A DNA stretch of 64,000 nucleotides. Source: Bacteriovorax sp. GTDB lineage: Bacteria > Bdellovibrionota > Bacteriovoracia > Bacteriovoracales > Bacteriovoracaceae. The notes beneath the pieces are model-generated. The model ran no database searches, was not told the DNA's origin, and worked only from the letters and a program-made list of their open reading frames with translations. Of the stretch, positions 1 through 10,180 are shown piece after piece (position 1 is the first letter of the stretch; each line of letters starts with the position of its first letter). The stretch covers positions 1,083 through 65,082 of the forward strand of contig JAQTTZ010000012.1 of NCBI GenBank assembly GCA_028710485.1, read 5' to 3'. The position numbers were made by a program, and so were the translations under genes.

Positions 1-32
1 CTCTTCAATTTGTAATTACAAGGATGGTCCAA

Positions 33-902
33 ATGAAGATATTCGCCCTACTACTTACGCTTTCACTAGCGACTTCAGCTTACGCAATTCCAAAAGCACC
101 GTTTGATGCCCTTAAGGTAAAAAGTGCAGTTCAGTTTAATGATAATCAAGCTGCCTATGATTTCGAAGGTATCGTTAAGCTTTCAAACTGTTCAGGATCT
201 TTAATTAGATTTTCTGGTCAGCCAACAACTTCAAAAGCACTGGTGTTAACCAATGGCCATTGTTATTCATCAGGCCCATTCGGTGGAATGATTAAGCCAG
301 GTGAAGTTATTGTGAATTCACCAGTAAAAAGATCGATGAAGATTTTTGATAAACAAATGAAGCTTTTCCCAATTACGACTTCTAGAGTTGTATATGCGGC
401 GATGACTGATACAGACATTACGATTTATGAACTTACTCAATCGTATGATGAAATTCAAAATAAATTTAATATTCAATCTTTTGACCTTGATACTATTAAA
501 CCAAGTCTTGGAACAAATATTGAGATTGTTTCTGGATACTGGGATCGCGGATACTCATGTGCAATCGACGCTTTCATTTTCAACTTGAAAGAAGGTGCCT
601 GGTTGTTTAAAGATTCTATTCGTTATACTGCTACTTGCGATACTATTGGAGGAACTTCAGGATCTCCAATTATTGCAAAAGGTACAAGACACGTAATTGC
701 GATCAACAATACAGCTAACGAAGGTGGTGCTCGTTGTACTGAAAACAATCCATGTGAAGTTTCAGAAAATGGAACAATTACATCAGCAAGAAATGCAAAA
801 TACGGACAACAAACTCACAATATTTATTCATGCTTAAGCCCAGACTTTAGCATTGATTTAGATCGTGCAGGATGTGCTCTGGCAAAACCTGCTAAGAATT
901 AA
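33..902 (+). CDS. Secreted trypsin-like (S1) serine protease
   Basis: Signal peptide MKIFALL...AYA. Catalytic triad motifs LTNGHC, TDTDITI and GGTSGSP, plus paired Cys. ATG at 33 follows AAGGA (ORF track start 24). Confidence 0.85.
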   Translation: MKIFALLLTLSLATSAYAIPKAPFDALKVKSAVQFNDNQAAYDFEGIVKLSNCSGSLIRFSGQPTTSKALVLTNGHCYSSGPFGGMIKPGEVIVNSPVKRSMKIFDKQMKLFPITTSRVVYAAMTDTDITIYELTQSYDEIQNKFNIQSFDLDTIKPSLGTNIEIVSGYWDRGYSCAIDAFIFNLKEGAWLFKDSIRYTATCDTIGGTSGSPIIAKGTRHVIAINNTANEGGARCTENNPCEVSENGTITSARNAKYGQQTHNIYSCLSPDFSIDLDRAGCALAKPAKN

Positions 903-926
903 CTATTTGCTTTAAATACTGAAATC

Positions 927-959
927 AAAAAGCCGCTGCTTTGTCAGCGGCTTTTTTTT
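927..959 (+). terminator. Rho-independent terminator
   Basis: AAAAAGCCGCTG-ctttgt-CAGCGGCTTTTTTTT. Confidence 0.85.
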
Positions 960-1018
960 GATTTAATACTTCCTTCTTGGAAGTGTTTTCAACAAGTTAA
1001 TATTTTTTAAATCTTAAA

Positions 1019-1047
1019 TTGGATGCAATCTCGGGAAATGTTATAAT
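1019..1047 (+). promoter_or_regulatory. Sigma70-type promoter with extended -10
   Basis: TTGGAT-N17-TATAAT with TG immediately upstream of the -10 (TGtTATAAT), ahead of a GGAG-preceded GTG at 1067. Confidence 0.5.
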
Positions 1048-1066
1048 CATTTTCATGGGAGCTTAT

Positions 1067-1567
1067 GTGTTTAACAATCAACCTTTCGATTCTTGGCTTA
1101 ATAAAAAGTCAGACGATATCCTGTCTAAAGTTGATAGAGAAATGATCACAACTGAAGAGATGATCATTCTCGTTCTCAAGGCCCAGACCAATCATTTTTA
1201 TCATACTGACATTGATTTGAAGAAAGGTCTTAGTGATGTTGATCACAAAATTGAATCTACTTCGGCAAATCTTGAAGAAAAGATTAAAAATATTGATCGC
1301 AAGCTTGATATTAGTATTGCGCATATTGATCACAAGCTTGATACAAGTATTGCGCATTTTGAAGAAAAGTTTATATTTCTAGATAAAAAGATTGATCAAC
1401 TAGATTATAAAACTGAAAAACGATTTGAGCGTGTAGAGAATCAAATTGATTCCTTAAAATCTGATTTAAAAAGATTAGATATCAAAATTGATAACCGTTT
1501 TATGTGGATGATCGGAATTACAATCGCTATGTCGGGTGGGATTTATCTTAAATTATTTTTGGGTTAG
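1067..1567 (+). CDS. Tail-anchored coiled-coil protein, DUF1640/CCDC90/Bdr-like
   Basis: Head region FDSWL..., long K[IL]D-repeat coiled coil, single C-terminal TM helix (WMIGITIAMSGGIYL). Probable GTG start at 1067. Confidence 0.65.
   Translation: MFNNQPFDSWLNKKSDDILSKVDREMITTEEMIILVLKAQTNHFYHTDIDLKKGLSDVDHKIESTSANLEEKIKNIDRKLDISIAHIDHKLDTSIAHFEEKFIFLDKKIDQLDYKTEKRFERVENQIDSLKSDLKRLDIKIDNRFMWMIGITIAMSGGIYLKLFLG
1292..1357 (+). repeat. 33-bp in-frame tandem repeat (2 copies)
   Basis: attgatcgcaagcttgatattagtattgcgcat / attgatcacaagcttgatacaagtattgcgcat, encoding IDRKLDISIAH / IDHKLDTSIAH. Confidence 0.9.
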
Positions 1568-1593
1568 AATCTATAATTCAATTTAAAAGTTCT

Positions 1594-1641
1594 GAAGTCT
1601 CCTGGAACCTTTGGGGGGGAAGTCTCCTGGAACCTTTTGGG
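1594..1641. repeat. Intergenic direct repeat, REP-like
   Basis: gaagtctcctggaacctttggg (1594-1615) and gaagtctcctggaaccttttggg (1619-1641), between convergent genes. Confidence 0.75.
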
Positions 1642-2109
1642 TTAGGAGAAGTTGATTTGTCTTATGGCCTCGTAGGCTGCGGCGGTAGCTGCGTTCGAGA
1701 GGTTTAGCGAACGAATGTGTTCTGAGTACATTGGAAGAGTTATAAGTTTTTCTGAGTAGTCTTTTAAGATGTGATCATCAAGGCCCTTTGTCTCACTTCC
1801 AAAAATTAAGTAACAATCTTTTTTGAATTTAGCTTCGAAGTGAGTTGTCTTTGCAGTTATTGAAAAGAAAAACATTTGTTCAACTTCTGGCTTCTCATTA
1901 ACTAAGAAGTCTTCAAAGTTTTCATAGGTTTTGATGTTTACATGTTTCCAGTAATCAAGACCTGCTCGTCTGACTGCTTTTTCTGTAATATCAAAAGCGA
2001 GTGGTTTGATGAGGATGAGTTCAAGATTAAGAGCAACGCAAGTGCGCCCGATACTCCCGGTATTACCGGGAATTTCAGGCGCTACGAGTACGATTTTAAA
2101 TTGAGACAT
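1642..2109 (-). CDS. trmL: tRNA (cytidine/uridine-34 2'-O)-methyltransferase, SpoU family
   Basis: PEIPGNTGSIGRTC, RRAGLDYW, FGSETKGL, RSLNLSNA. Confidence 0.92.
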   Translation of the reverse strand: MSQFKIVLVAPEIPGNTGSIGRTCVALNLELILIKPLAFDITEKAVRRAGLDYWKHVNIKTYENFEDFLVNEKPEVEQMFFFSITAKTTHFEAKFKKDCYLIFGSETKGLDDHILKDYSEKLITLPMYSEHIRSLNLSNAATAAAYEAIRQINFS

Positions 2110-2126
2110 CTTGATAGTTTCTTGGT

Positions 2127-3659
2127 TTAGACGTTTTTAAGGTAATCAACAAGCGTTCTGATAATCAAACCAGAAGCACCTTTTGGTGAACAGTATGGAA
2201 GATGCCCTTGAGAGTCACCAATACCTGCGATATCTAGATGGGCCCAAGCGATTCCTGGTTCAACAAAGTATTCAACGAAGGCAGCACCTTTAGCAGATCC
2301 ACCAAAAGCATTTGAACCGATGTTTTTTAGATCGGCGACAAGAGCTTTCAAATCATTTTTGTGTTCGTCTATGATCGGAAGTTGCCACATATATTCGTCT
2401 GTGTTTTTAGCTGACTTTAAAAGTGAGTCTGCAAGTTTTTGGTTGTTTGAGAACAATCCACAAACTTCGCTTCCTAAAGCAACTAGTACAGCTCCAGTTA
2501 GAGTGGCAGCGTCGATAATAGCATCTGGTTTATTATCACAAGCGTAGTTAACAACGTCACCAAGAACTAAACGTCCTTCAGCATCAGTGTTTAAAATTTC
2601 AACTGTTTTTCCATTTCTAGCAGTAACGATTGAATCTGGCATTGTTGCAAGGTGGTTTACAGCGTTGTCTGTGATTCCCATATAACAAGAAATTTTAACT
2701 GGAAGTTGCAATTGAACAGCTGCTCTGAAAGCAGCATAAACTGTTGCAGATCCGGCCATATCAAATTTCATATTCATCATTGAAGCACCTGGCTTTAATG
2801 AGTATCCACCAGTATCAAAAGTTAATCCTTTTCCAACTAGAGCGATATGCTTAGTTTTTGAAGTGGCCTTTGGAGGAGTGTAAGTTAAGTGAACTAAGCG
2901 CGGCTCATAAGCAGAACCAGCGTTCACTGAAAGGAACATTCCCATTTTTTCTTTTTTGAGTTCTGCTTTTCCTAGAACTTTAATTTTTACATGTTTAAGG
3001 TTTTTAACATCTTTTTCAATTTCACGGGCATAAGCTTCAGAGTTCAAAATATTTGGAGCTTCGTTAACGAAATCGCGAGCAACTTTTATACAGTCACCAA
3101 TCGTATTAGCTTCAGCAATGGCAGCTTCAAACTTTTTTGCCACAGTTTTCTTTTCATTTGTAGCAAGAGTGATGCTTTGAAGTTTTGCTTTTTTCTTAAC
3201 CGCTAAGTGTCGGTCAAAAGTATAGGCGGCCATGTGAAGAGCTTCAATCATAGCAGTGATTGATTCTTCGGCGTGACCATGAACCATGAATCCATCAAGG
3301 TGAAGAGTAGCATCTTCGTATTTTCCTGAGATAGCTTTATAAGTAGAAGCGATTTGTCTTCTTAAGATTTCTTTTGTGAGTTTGGTTTTATCGCCTAGGC
3401 CCACGATTAAAGCGGTGGCTCCACTCATCATTGTGATTGAGAATAATTCGCCGCAGTCACCTTTATAGTGTTTTGATGCCACAGAGTGCTCAAAGGATTC
3501 CGTAAGTTCTTTTGACCAATGTGTATGATTCAGAACTTTTTCAGCTTTTTTCGCTGCTACTTTTTTGCTAGCTTTCACTTCTTGTGTTTTGTTAAAGCAA
3601 GAAAAGATATGAAGCTCAGTACTTGATTGATTTGCTTCAAAACTTAAATTAATTTTCAT
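2127..3659 (-). CDS. pepA: Leucyl aminopeptidase (M17)
   Basis: VGKGLTFDTGG, MKFDMAG, NTDAEGRL, WAHLDIAG. Confidence 0.95.
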   Translation of the reverse strand: MKINLSFEANQSSTELHIFSCFNKTQEVKASKKVAAKKAEKVLNHTHWSKELTESFEHSVASKHYKGDCGELFSITMMSGATALIVGLGDKTKLTKEILRRQIASTYKAISGKYEDATLHLDGFMVHGHAEESITAMIEALHMAAYTFDRHLAVKKKAKLQSITLATNEKKTVAKKFEAAIAEANTIGDCIKVARDFVNEAPNILNSEAYAREIEKDVKNLKHVKIKVLGKAELKKEKMGMFLSVNAGSAYEPRLVHLTYTPPKATSKTKHIALVGKGLTFDTGGYSLKPGASMMNMKFDMAGSATVYAAFRAAVQLQLPVKISCYMGITDNAVNHLATMPDSIVTARNGKTVEILNTDAEGRLVLGDVVNYACDNKPDAIIDAATLTGAVLVALGSEVCGLFSNNQKLADSLLKSAKNTDEYMWQLPIIDEHKNDLKALVADLKNIGSNAFGGSAKGAAFVEYFVEPGIAWAHLDIAGIGDSQGHLPYCSPKGASGLIIRTLVDYLKNV

Positions 3660-3726
3660 GGGAACTCCATAGGCTCTAGTAATTTATTGTTAAAAAAATC
3701 GTATTGGGGCTAAAATAGCACAACCT

Positions 3727-4890
3727 ATGCTAAAAGTAACTACCAGGTATTTAGCTTCTTCCTTTATTCCACCTTTCGTTTTAGGCTTCGTATTCTTTGT
3801 GGCATTTTTGATTACGTTTTATATGTTTCGAATCATCAGCCTCATCGTTAATAAGGGCGTTGACCTCATGACGGTACTGTCGATGGTGGTCAATCTCAGC
3901 GTGTCTTTTTTTCCCCTGGCCGCTCCTCTCGCTGCATTCTTTGCAACGATCTATACCCTGAATAAATTAAGTGAAGACTCTGAGATCATTGCGATGCGCT
4001 CTTTTGGGATATCTAAAATAAGAATTTATATGCCTTTTTTGGCAACTAGTTTATTAGTCTCCATGACAGTTCATTCTCTCTATAGTGTCTTTATTCCCAA
4101 GGCCAATGCTGCCTTTAAGAACACCATTGTTAAGCTGACATCTGCTGGAATGCTTAACAGTATTAAATCAGGACAATTTTTTACCGATATCCCCAACGCC
4201 ACCTTGTTTGCTGAAAATGTGACAGATGATGGAAATAATTTTAAAGAAGTTTTTCTACACGTTATCGATAAAAATAAATTAGAACAAAAAATTATTTTTG
4301 CTCAAACCGGCTCATTGATTAAAATCTATGCAGACGCTTGGCATGCTCCTAGTTTAAGACTTCATCTTAATGAAGGGAATATCATTAAAATGGATGAAAA
4401 AGGGACTCAGGTAGAAAAAGTCTTATTCAAAGAATATGATTTTCCTGTTTTTAATTCTGATTCCGCGATGACTATGCTCGATAAAGACAGTATGAAAACT
4501 AACTCCGAATTATTAGTAATCATCGATCAGAAAAGAATCAAGTATCAAGATGCACTCAAAGCTAAAATGAATGCAGATCAAACCCTTGAACTGAAGAAAA
4601 CTTTATACAGAACTCAAGTTGAGCTCTATTCACGTTACGCGGTCGTACCACAAATCCTGCTATTTGTTTTTTTAGGTTTTTCACTAGGGATTAAGCGCGG
4701 GAGAGGGAGCGGAGGGAGTCATTCTTTGCAGGCAATGGTTATTTTAGTGAGCTATTATATAGTTTATTTTTTCTTAATCAGTCTTGCTCAAAAGTCCACG
4801 CTAGATCCTCTTGTTGCCAATTTTGGACCTAGTGTGCTTTTATTGCTGATCGCTTTTCACTTTTATAAAAAATTAGATTGGATCGGGTAG
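3727..4890 (+). CDS. lptF: LPS export permease, LptF/LptG family
   Basis: 3+3 TM layout with periplasmic beta domain; LSEDSEIIAMRSFGIS motif; divergent from pepA. Confidence 0.85.
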   Translation: MLKVTTRYLASSFIPPFVLGFVFFVAFLITFYMFRIISLIVNKGVDLMTVLSMVVNLSVSFFPLAAPLAAFFATIYTLNKLSEDSEIIAMRSFGISKIRIYMPFLATSLLVSMTVHSLYSVFIPKANAAFKNTIVKLTSAGMLNSIKSGQFFTDIPNATLFAENVTDDGNNFKEVFLHVIDKNKLEQKIIFAQTGSLIKIYADAWHAPSLRLHLNEGNIIKMDEKGTQVEKVLFKEYDFPVFNSDSAMTMLDKDSMKTNSELLVIIDQKRIKYQDALKAKMNADQTLELKKTLYRTQVELYSRYAVVPQILLFVFLGFSLGIKRGRGSGGSHSLQAMVILVSYYIVYFFLISLAQKSTLDPLVANFGPSVLLLLIAFHFYKKLDWIG

Positions 4891-4891
4891 C

Positions 4892-6187
4892 TTAGAGTCT
4901 CTTTATCGGTGAAGGGGTCACAACAGGAACTATTGGTTGTGTTATCCGCTTGGCCGGATTGATAGGACTTCCAGGAGTGCTCGCGGGAATTGGAGCGACT
5001 ACTTTTGGCTGCTCTTTTTGATTGGCTTTAATATAATCTTCACTTGTCACAACTGTTCCATCTTTTTGAAAGACAAAAAGCGGGCTCATGAATTTAGTTT
5101 TCATCTCTTCTGGAAAAACCAGGTTTTTAACACCATTTTTTGTATTTAAAGCAATGAGTTGATTATTGTAAAAGATTTTAATTGATTTGGTATTCCCCAC
5201 AAAAAGACGAATTTTTTCTCCGCGGAGAAAAACACTGCGGCCCTGGCGAAGAACATATTTTTTAATTTCTTTTTCATCAACCTTGTAAGTAATCCAAGAG
5301 TCGCCGTCTACAGCATTGATGAAGACATTTTCAACTCCTTTCGTCACACGCACTTTATAACGAGAAGGAAAAATTTCTTCTAATTTATCACTAGGCAATG
5401 ATTTATCCTCAGTGAATTGTTTTTCGCCAAGGGAGATATTTTTTAAACTGACGTCATTAATCGTAACTTCAGATTTTTGATTAACGTCTTTTTTATCCTG
5501 AATAATATTCACTTTCATTGGAGTAAGCTGAGCTAATTCAGCTTCCGCTGATTTAGGAATAACTTTCGGGGCAGGCGCTTTAGGGGCGGGTTTCGTTTTT
5601 TGGTGAATGGTGCTGAAAACTTGCGGTAGTTTTAAGCGCTCTTCAGCTGAGCGGTCAATAAGATTTTTAACATTGAATCCGATAACTCCGACAATTAAAA
5701 TTCCCACGACAGCTTTTGCCAAAAAGGCAGTCGAAGAAGCTGTTACGCTTTTCACTGTCTCGAGTGGAGTCGCCGCCATAGAAGTAAGAGTATTTCTAGC
5801 AGTTTCATTTCTCATTTCATAATTAGGAATTTCTTTTTTAACAGCTTTACTCGCGCGATTATAAGTCGCTTCAAGAGCATTGAGTGCAACTTCTTGATTG
5901 ATCCCTAAAATCTTAGCAGCAGATTTTACAAAACCACGGACATAAGTTTTACTTGGGAGCTTTGCCAATTCATTATTTTCAAGATGTTCAAGCAATCCCA
6001 TATGGATTTTTGTTTGCTGAGAAATGGTTTTTAAGGTCAACCCTTTCTCTTCGCGCTTAGCACGCAAGAGTTCTCCAATTGAGGCTGCTTTGTTGGGAGT
6101 TTCTACTGGTTCAATTGGCCCTACCTCGATCGGTTGAGTATTGTTTTCGTTTTCGTTAGGTAATGTATCGTTTATTTCTTCTGTCAT
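4892..6187 (-). CDS. rodZ: RodZ-like cytoskeleton protein (HTH, TM, DUF4115-like domain)
   Basis: IGELLRAKREEKGLT...YVRGFVKSAAKILG, TM helix, C-terminal DSWITYKVD domain. Probable start MTEE at 6187. Confidence 0.8.
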   Translation of the reverse strand: MTEEINDTLPNENENNTQPIEVGPIEPVETPNKAASIGELLRAKREEKGLTLKTISQQTKIHMGLLEHLENNELAKLPSKTYVRGFVKSAAKILGINQEVALNALEATYNRASKAVKKEIPNYEMRNETARNTLTSMAATPLETVKSVTASSTAFLAKAVVGILIVGVIGFNVKNLIDRSAEERLKLPQVFSTIHQKTKPAPKAPAPKVIPKSAEAELAQLTPMKVNIIQDKKDVNQKSEVTINDVSLKNISLGEKQFTEDKSLPSDKLEEIFPSRYKVRVTKGVENVFINAVDGDSWITYKVDEKEIKKYVLRQGRSVFLRGEKIRLFVGNTKSIKIFYNNQLIALNTKNGVKNLVFPEEMKTKFMSPLFVFQKDGTVVTSEDYIKANQKEQPKVVAPIPASTPGSPINPAKRITQPIVPVVTPSPIKRL

Positions 6188-6194
6188 AATTTTT

Positions 6195-7070
6195 TTAAAA
6201 GTTAGGTGATTCAATGGTTTTAGATTCTTTTATTACTTCTGTCTGAAAAGTTCCAGATGCAGATTGTTCATGAAGTTGAGCTGTTATTTTTTTCAATTGA
6301 AACCCAGCAAGTGTATTAAAACGAGATTTTGGAAATTTATCCATAATCTCTTTTAATTTTATCCTGGATTCTTCAAAACGATTAAGGTTCATCAATGCAA
6401 GTGCTTGTTGGTAATGCGGAGCTGGCTCGGCCACACAAGTGCCTTTAGCCGATTCTTGAAAAGAGGTCAGCGCTTGTTTGAATTTATATTCTTCAAAATA
6501 AAGTTCACCAAGTTTGAAATGGGCCTGACAGTATTCTTCTCTTTCTTTGATTGATTTAGATAAATATTCGAACGCCGTCGCACGGTCTCCTTCTTTTAGA
6601 GCAAGGATGGCGAGGTTATAATAATTTCTAAATTGATTTAGATAGGTCAAGTCTTGCAAAACTAGTTCATATTGAACTCTCGCTTCTTTCAAGCGATTTT
6701 TTTCCATGTAAATAGATCCCAGATTAACTCTTGCATCTGAATTCTTTTGATCGAGATCGATGGCCTTGAGTAATTCTTTTTCAGCTAGTTCTGGTTGCTC
6801 TCTGAAGTAATAGGCCATACCCAAATTATTTCTAACTTGTGAGTCAGTAGGATTAAATTCTTTTGCTTTGACTAAATTGATTAAAGCTTGAGAATAATTT
6901 TTCTTAACAAGCTCATTAGTTCCTTGTCCGTAATAAATTTCAGATTTTTTTTGATCAGTGCTTTTTTCGGGCAATTCATTATTTGTGGCACAAGAAACTA
7001 AAAACATAGCTGTGAAGAAAATTGTACCAATAGATCCGTGGCGCATAATACTTTTTAAAGTATTTTTCAT
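6195..7070 (-). CDS. pilF: TPR lipoprotein, type IV pilus pilotin PilF/PilW/Tgl-like
   Basis: Lipobox LVSC, TPR repeats (NNLGMAY, VNLGSIY), adjacent to rodZ. Confidence 0.7.
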   Translation of the reverse strand: MKNTLKSIMRHGSIGTIFFTAMFLVSCATNNELPEKSTDQKKSEIYYGQGTNELVKKNYSQALINLVKAKEFNPTDSQVRNNLGMAYYFREQPELAEKELLKAIDLDQKNSDARVNLGSIYMEKNRLKEARVQYELVLQDLTYLNQFRNYYNLAILALKEGDRATAFEYLSKSIKEREEYCQAHFKLGELYFEEYKFKQALTSFQESAKGTCVAEPAPHYQQALALMNLNRFEESRIKLKEIMDKFPKSRFNTLAGFQLKKITAQLHEQSASGTFQTEVIKESKTIESPNF

Positions 7071-7112
7071 TTAGAACCTCATATCCTAAAAGACTAGTAA
7101 ATTAGCTTTATT

Positions 7113-8273
7113 TTACTCGTTATTTTTTCTTCTTGTAAATATGCCAATAGTTTCAAAATGCTGAGTTGATGGAAATAAATCGAACAATTCTATGCTTTGA
7201 AGCTCATAGTTTTTCAATATCGGCAGAGTATCTCTGGCAAAACTAGTTGCCTGGCAAGCGATATAAATAAAACCATCTGGCTTAAATTCAGCTAAAAATT
7301 CGTTAAGATTCTTCAATCCCGAACGTGGAGGGTCAATAACCAACCAGTTAGGGCGAGGGATTCCATGAGTTTTTAAGCCAATCAAAGATTTAATGGCCGA
7401 CTTATCGTAGAGATCGCACGAATAAAATTTTTGATGACCGTTAGCTTCTGGCGGAGTTCTATATTTATCAACAACCAAAGTAGAATTTCTAAATTTTGCC
7501 GTTAAGTTCCCATTTCCACCAAAGAGATCATAGACCATGGCCTTGGGAGGAATGACCTGATCGGCTTTTTTCTTTACCCATTCGCGCAGCTTTTCATTCA
7601 TCTCAAAATTGACTTGAGTGAATCCGCCATTGGCGTAGTGGCGATTGATTGAACGTTGAACATTATGTCCTTCGCGCTTGTCGTTTTCTTTTGCGTAAAG
7701 TTCGATATGTCCTTTTAGCGGCTCTTTGGCCAAAATTTGTAACCACGAATTTTCAGCATAAAGAGCACGAAGCTCAAAAGCGATACTTGGATCAATGATT
7801 AGGCAATTGGGAACGGGAACAATTTGAAGTTGCTCGTCTAAAAGGCCTAGCAATTTTTTCTTTTTATCATAGTGAAGCTGAATACGGTTTCTATAATGCA
7901 AGCGGCGAGTCGCCCCGTGAACGGTGATTGGCACTTCAGGAAATTTAAACAAGTGACGAGTGAGCGCCTGCTTTTTATACTCAAGTTCCTTTTCATAAGT
8001 TGTATGTTGAAAATCACAACCGTTGCAAAGGTTAAAATGCACACATTCTGGAGCTTTTCTTTCCGGAGATGCTTCTTTGATCTCGATAAGCTTGGCGAAT
8101 CTTACGCCTTTTTTCGAAGAGTAGATCTCAGCGCTTCCAGTTTCACCTGGAAGGGTCTTTTTGATGAAGGTGACTTGGCGTTTGACTTCACCGCTTTCCG
8201 GATCAGTTTCTTCTGATTTAAATACGCCTTGCCCAAGAGGATCAATGTGTTCGATGCGAAAGTCTATTTTCAT
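7113..8273 (-). CDS. RlmD/TrmA-family RNA m5U methyltransferase
   Basis: TRAM-like N-terminus, 4Fe-4S motif CVHFNLCNGCDFQH, IDPPRSG, YIAC, DLFPSTQHFE. Probable start MKIDF at 8273. Confidence 0.85.
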   Translation of the reverse strand: MKIDFRIEHIDPLGQGVFKSEETDPESGEVKRQVTFIKKTLPGETGSAEIYSSKKGVRFAKLIEIKEASPERKAPECVHFNLCNGCDFQHTTYEKELEYKKQALTRHLFKFPEVPITVHGATRRLHYRNRIQLHYDKKKKLLGLLDEQLQIVPVPNCLIIDPSIAFELRALYAENSWLQILAKEPLKGHIELYAKENDKREGHNVQRSINRHYANGGFTQVNFEMNEKLREWVKKKADQVIPPKAMVYDLFGGNGNLTAKFRNSTLVVDKYRTPPEANGHQKFYSCDLYDKSAIKSLIGLKTHGIPRPNWLVIDPPRSGLKNLNEFLAEFKPDGFIYIACQATSFARDTLPILKNYELQSIELFDLFPSTQHFETIGIFTRRKNNE

Positions 8274-8353
8274 AATTTTTTCTTTAAGATTTCCTGATTT
8301 AATTTCTAATGATATGCTCATCCGTCTTCTTATACAATCTAAATGCAGGCAAT

Positions 8354-10153
8354 ATGGACCAAAAGTTTATCCGCAATTTTTCAATCATCGCTCACATCGA
8401 CCACGGCAAGTCCACACTCGCCGACAGAATCATGGAAGCCACCTTTGCAGTTAGTAATCGCGAGAAAAAAGATCGCTTACTGGACAATATGGAACTCGAA
8501 CGCGAGCGCGGGATTACGATCAAGGCTCAAGCAGTTCGCATTACTTACAAGGCGCAAGACGGGAATACCTATTATTTTAATTTAATAGACACTCCGGGGC
8601 ATGTGGATTTCTCCTATGAAGTTTCAAGATCGCTCGCTTCATGTGACGGGGCCCTATTAGTAGTTGATGCTTCTCAAGGCGTTGAAGCTCAAACTTTAGC
8701 CAACGTTTATATGGCGATTGATAATAATTTGGAAATTGTTCCAGTCATTAATAAAATTGATTTACCTCACGCCGATCCTGAAAAAGTAAAAAAAGAAGTA
8801 GAAGACATTATTGGTATCGATACAAGTGATGCTTGTTTAGTCTCGGCTAAAAGCGGCCTGGGGATTGATGAGCTTTTAGAAGTCATCGTTAAAAAAATTC
8901 CACCTCCGAAGGGGACAAGAGATCATGATCTTCAGGCCTTAATCTTTGATTCATGGTTTGATAATTACCAAGGGGTTGTTATTCTGGTCAGAGTTGTCGA
9001 AGGGACAATGAAGAAAAAAGATAAGGTCTTTTTGAAAAATGCCGGAATGGAATATGAAATTTTAAAACTGGGTGTGAATTCACCTTTTTTTACGGAAGTA
9101 GACGAACTCACTGCCGGTGAAGTTGGGATGGTTATTTGTGGTATTAAAACTATTCGTGACGTTAATGTTGGCGATACTATTGTTCATGCCAACAAAAAAG
9201 AGACTCCAAACGTTCCGGGCTACATGGAAGTCAAACCCATGGTATTTTGTGGGATTTTCCCTGTTGAGTCTACTGATTATGAAAATCTTAAAGATGCACT
9301 AGAAAAGCTCGCTCTTAACGACGCTTCTTTTACTTATGAACCAGAGAGTTCAGCGGCCCTGGGTTTTGGTTTTCGGTGTGGGTTCTTGGGCCTTTTACAC
9401 ATGAACATCATACAAGAGAGATTGGAGCGCGAATTTAATTTGCTGCTCATTTCAACAGCTCCATCGGTAAGTTATAAAGTTCTTAAAAATGATGGAACTG
9501 AAGTCACCATTTCAAATCCAAGTGAAATGCCAGACCCGGGACTAATTCAATCGGTCAGTGAACCAATGGTGCATTTAAGTATCCATTGCCCCAATGAATA
9601 TGTCGGCCGTATGATCACTCTTTGTGAAGAGCGCCGCGGGATTCAAAACGAAATAAAATATATTACTGCCGATCGAGTGCAAGTTATTTACGAATTGCCT
9701 TTGTCTGAAATGGTTTTTGATTTTTACGACAAACTGAAAGGTTTAACTCGCGGTTATGCTTCTATGGACTATGAGTTCAGAGATTATGCAGTCGCTGATT
9801 TGGTAAAAGTAGACATTTTATTGAACGGCGATACCGTTGACGCATTGTCGATTATTTGTCACCGCGATAATTCGTTCTATAAAGGTCGTGACCTTGTGCA
9901 GAAACTTCAAAAATTAATTGGTCGCCAACAATTTGATGTTGCAGTTCAAGCGGCCATTGGTGCTAAAATAGTGGCGCGAGAGACTATTAAAGCATTACGG
10001 AAAAACGTTTTGGCCAAATGTTACGGTGGTGATATTTCTCGTAAGCGCAAACTTCTAGAAAAGCAGAAAGAAGGGAAGAAGCGCATGAAGATGGTAGGTT
10101 CAGTTGAGGTACCGCAAGAGGCGTTCCTCGCTGTTCTTAAGACTGACGAATAA
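8354..10153 (+). CDS. lepA: Translation elongation factor 4
   Basis: [49 protein letters not shown]. Start MDQK at 8354. Confidence 0.98.
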   Translation: MDQKFIRNFSIIAHIDHGKSTLADRIMEATFAVSNREKKDRLLDNMELERERGITIKAQAVRITYKAQDGNTYYFNLIDTPGHVDFSYEVSRSLASCDGALLVVDASQGVEAQTLANVYMAIDNNLEIVPVINKIDLPHADPEKVKKEVEDIIGIDTSDACLVSAKSGLGIDELLEVIVKKIPPPKGTRDHDLQALIFDSWFDNYQGVVILVRVVEGTMKKKDKVFLKNAGMEYEILKLGVNSPFFTEVDELTAGEVGMVICGIKTIRDVNVGDTIVHANKKETPNVPGYMEVKPMVFCGIFPVESTDYENLKDALEKLALNDASFTYEPESSAALGFGFRCGFLGLLHMNIIQERLEREFNLLLISTAPSVSYKVLKNDGTEVTISNPSEMPDPGLIQSVSEPMVHLSIHCPNEYVGRMITLCEERRGIQNEIKYITADRVQVIYELPLSEMVFDFYDKLKGLTRGYASMDYEFRDYAVADLVKVDILLNGDTVDALSIICHRDNSFYKGRDLVQKLQKLIGRQQFDVAVQAAIGAKIVARETIKALRKNVLAKCYGGDISRKRKLLEKQKEGKKRMKMVGSVEVPQEAFLAVLKTDE

Positions 10154-10180
10154 AAGTCGAATAATGAAATAAAGGATTAT

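Noticed and set aside
1594-1641. Possible CRISPR repeats
   Set aside because: Two copies separated by only 3 bp; no spacer.
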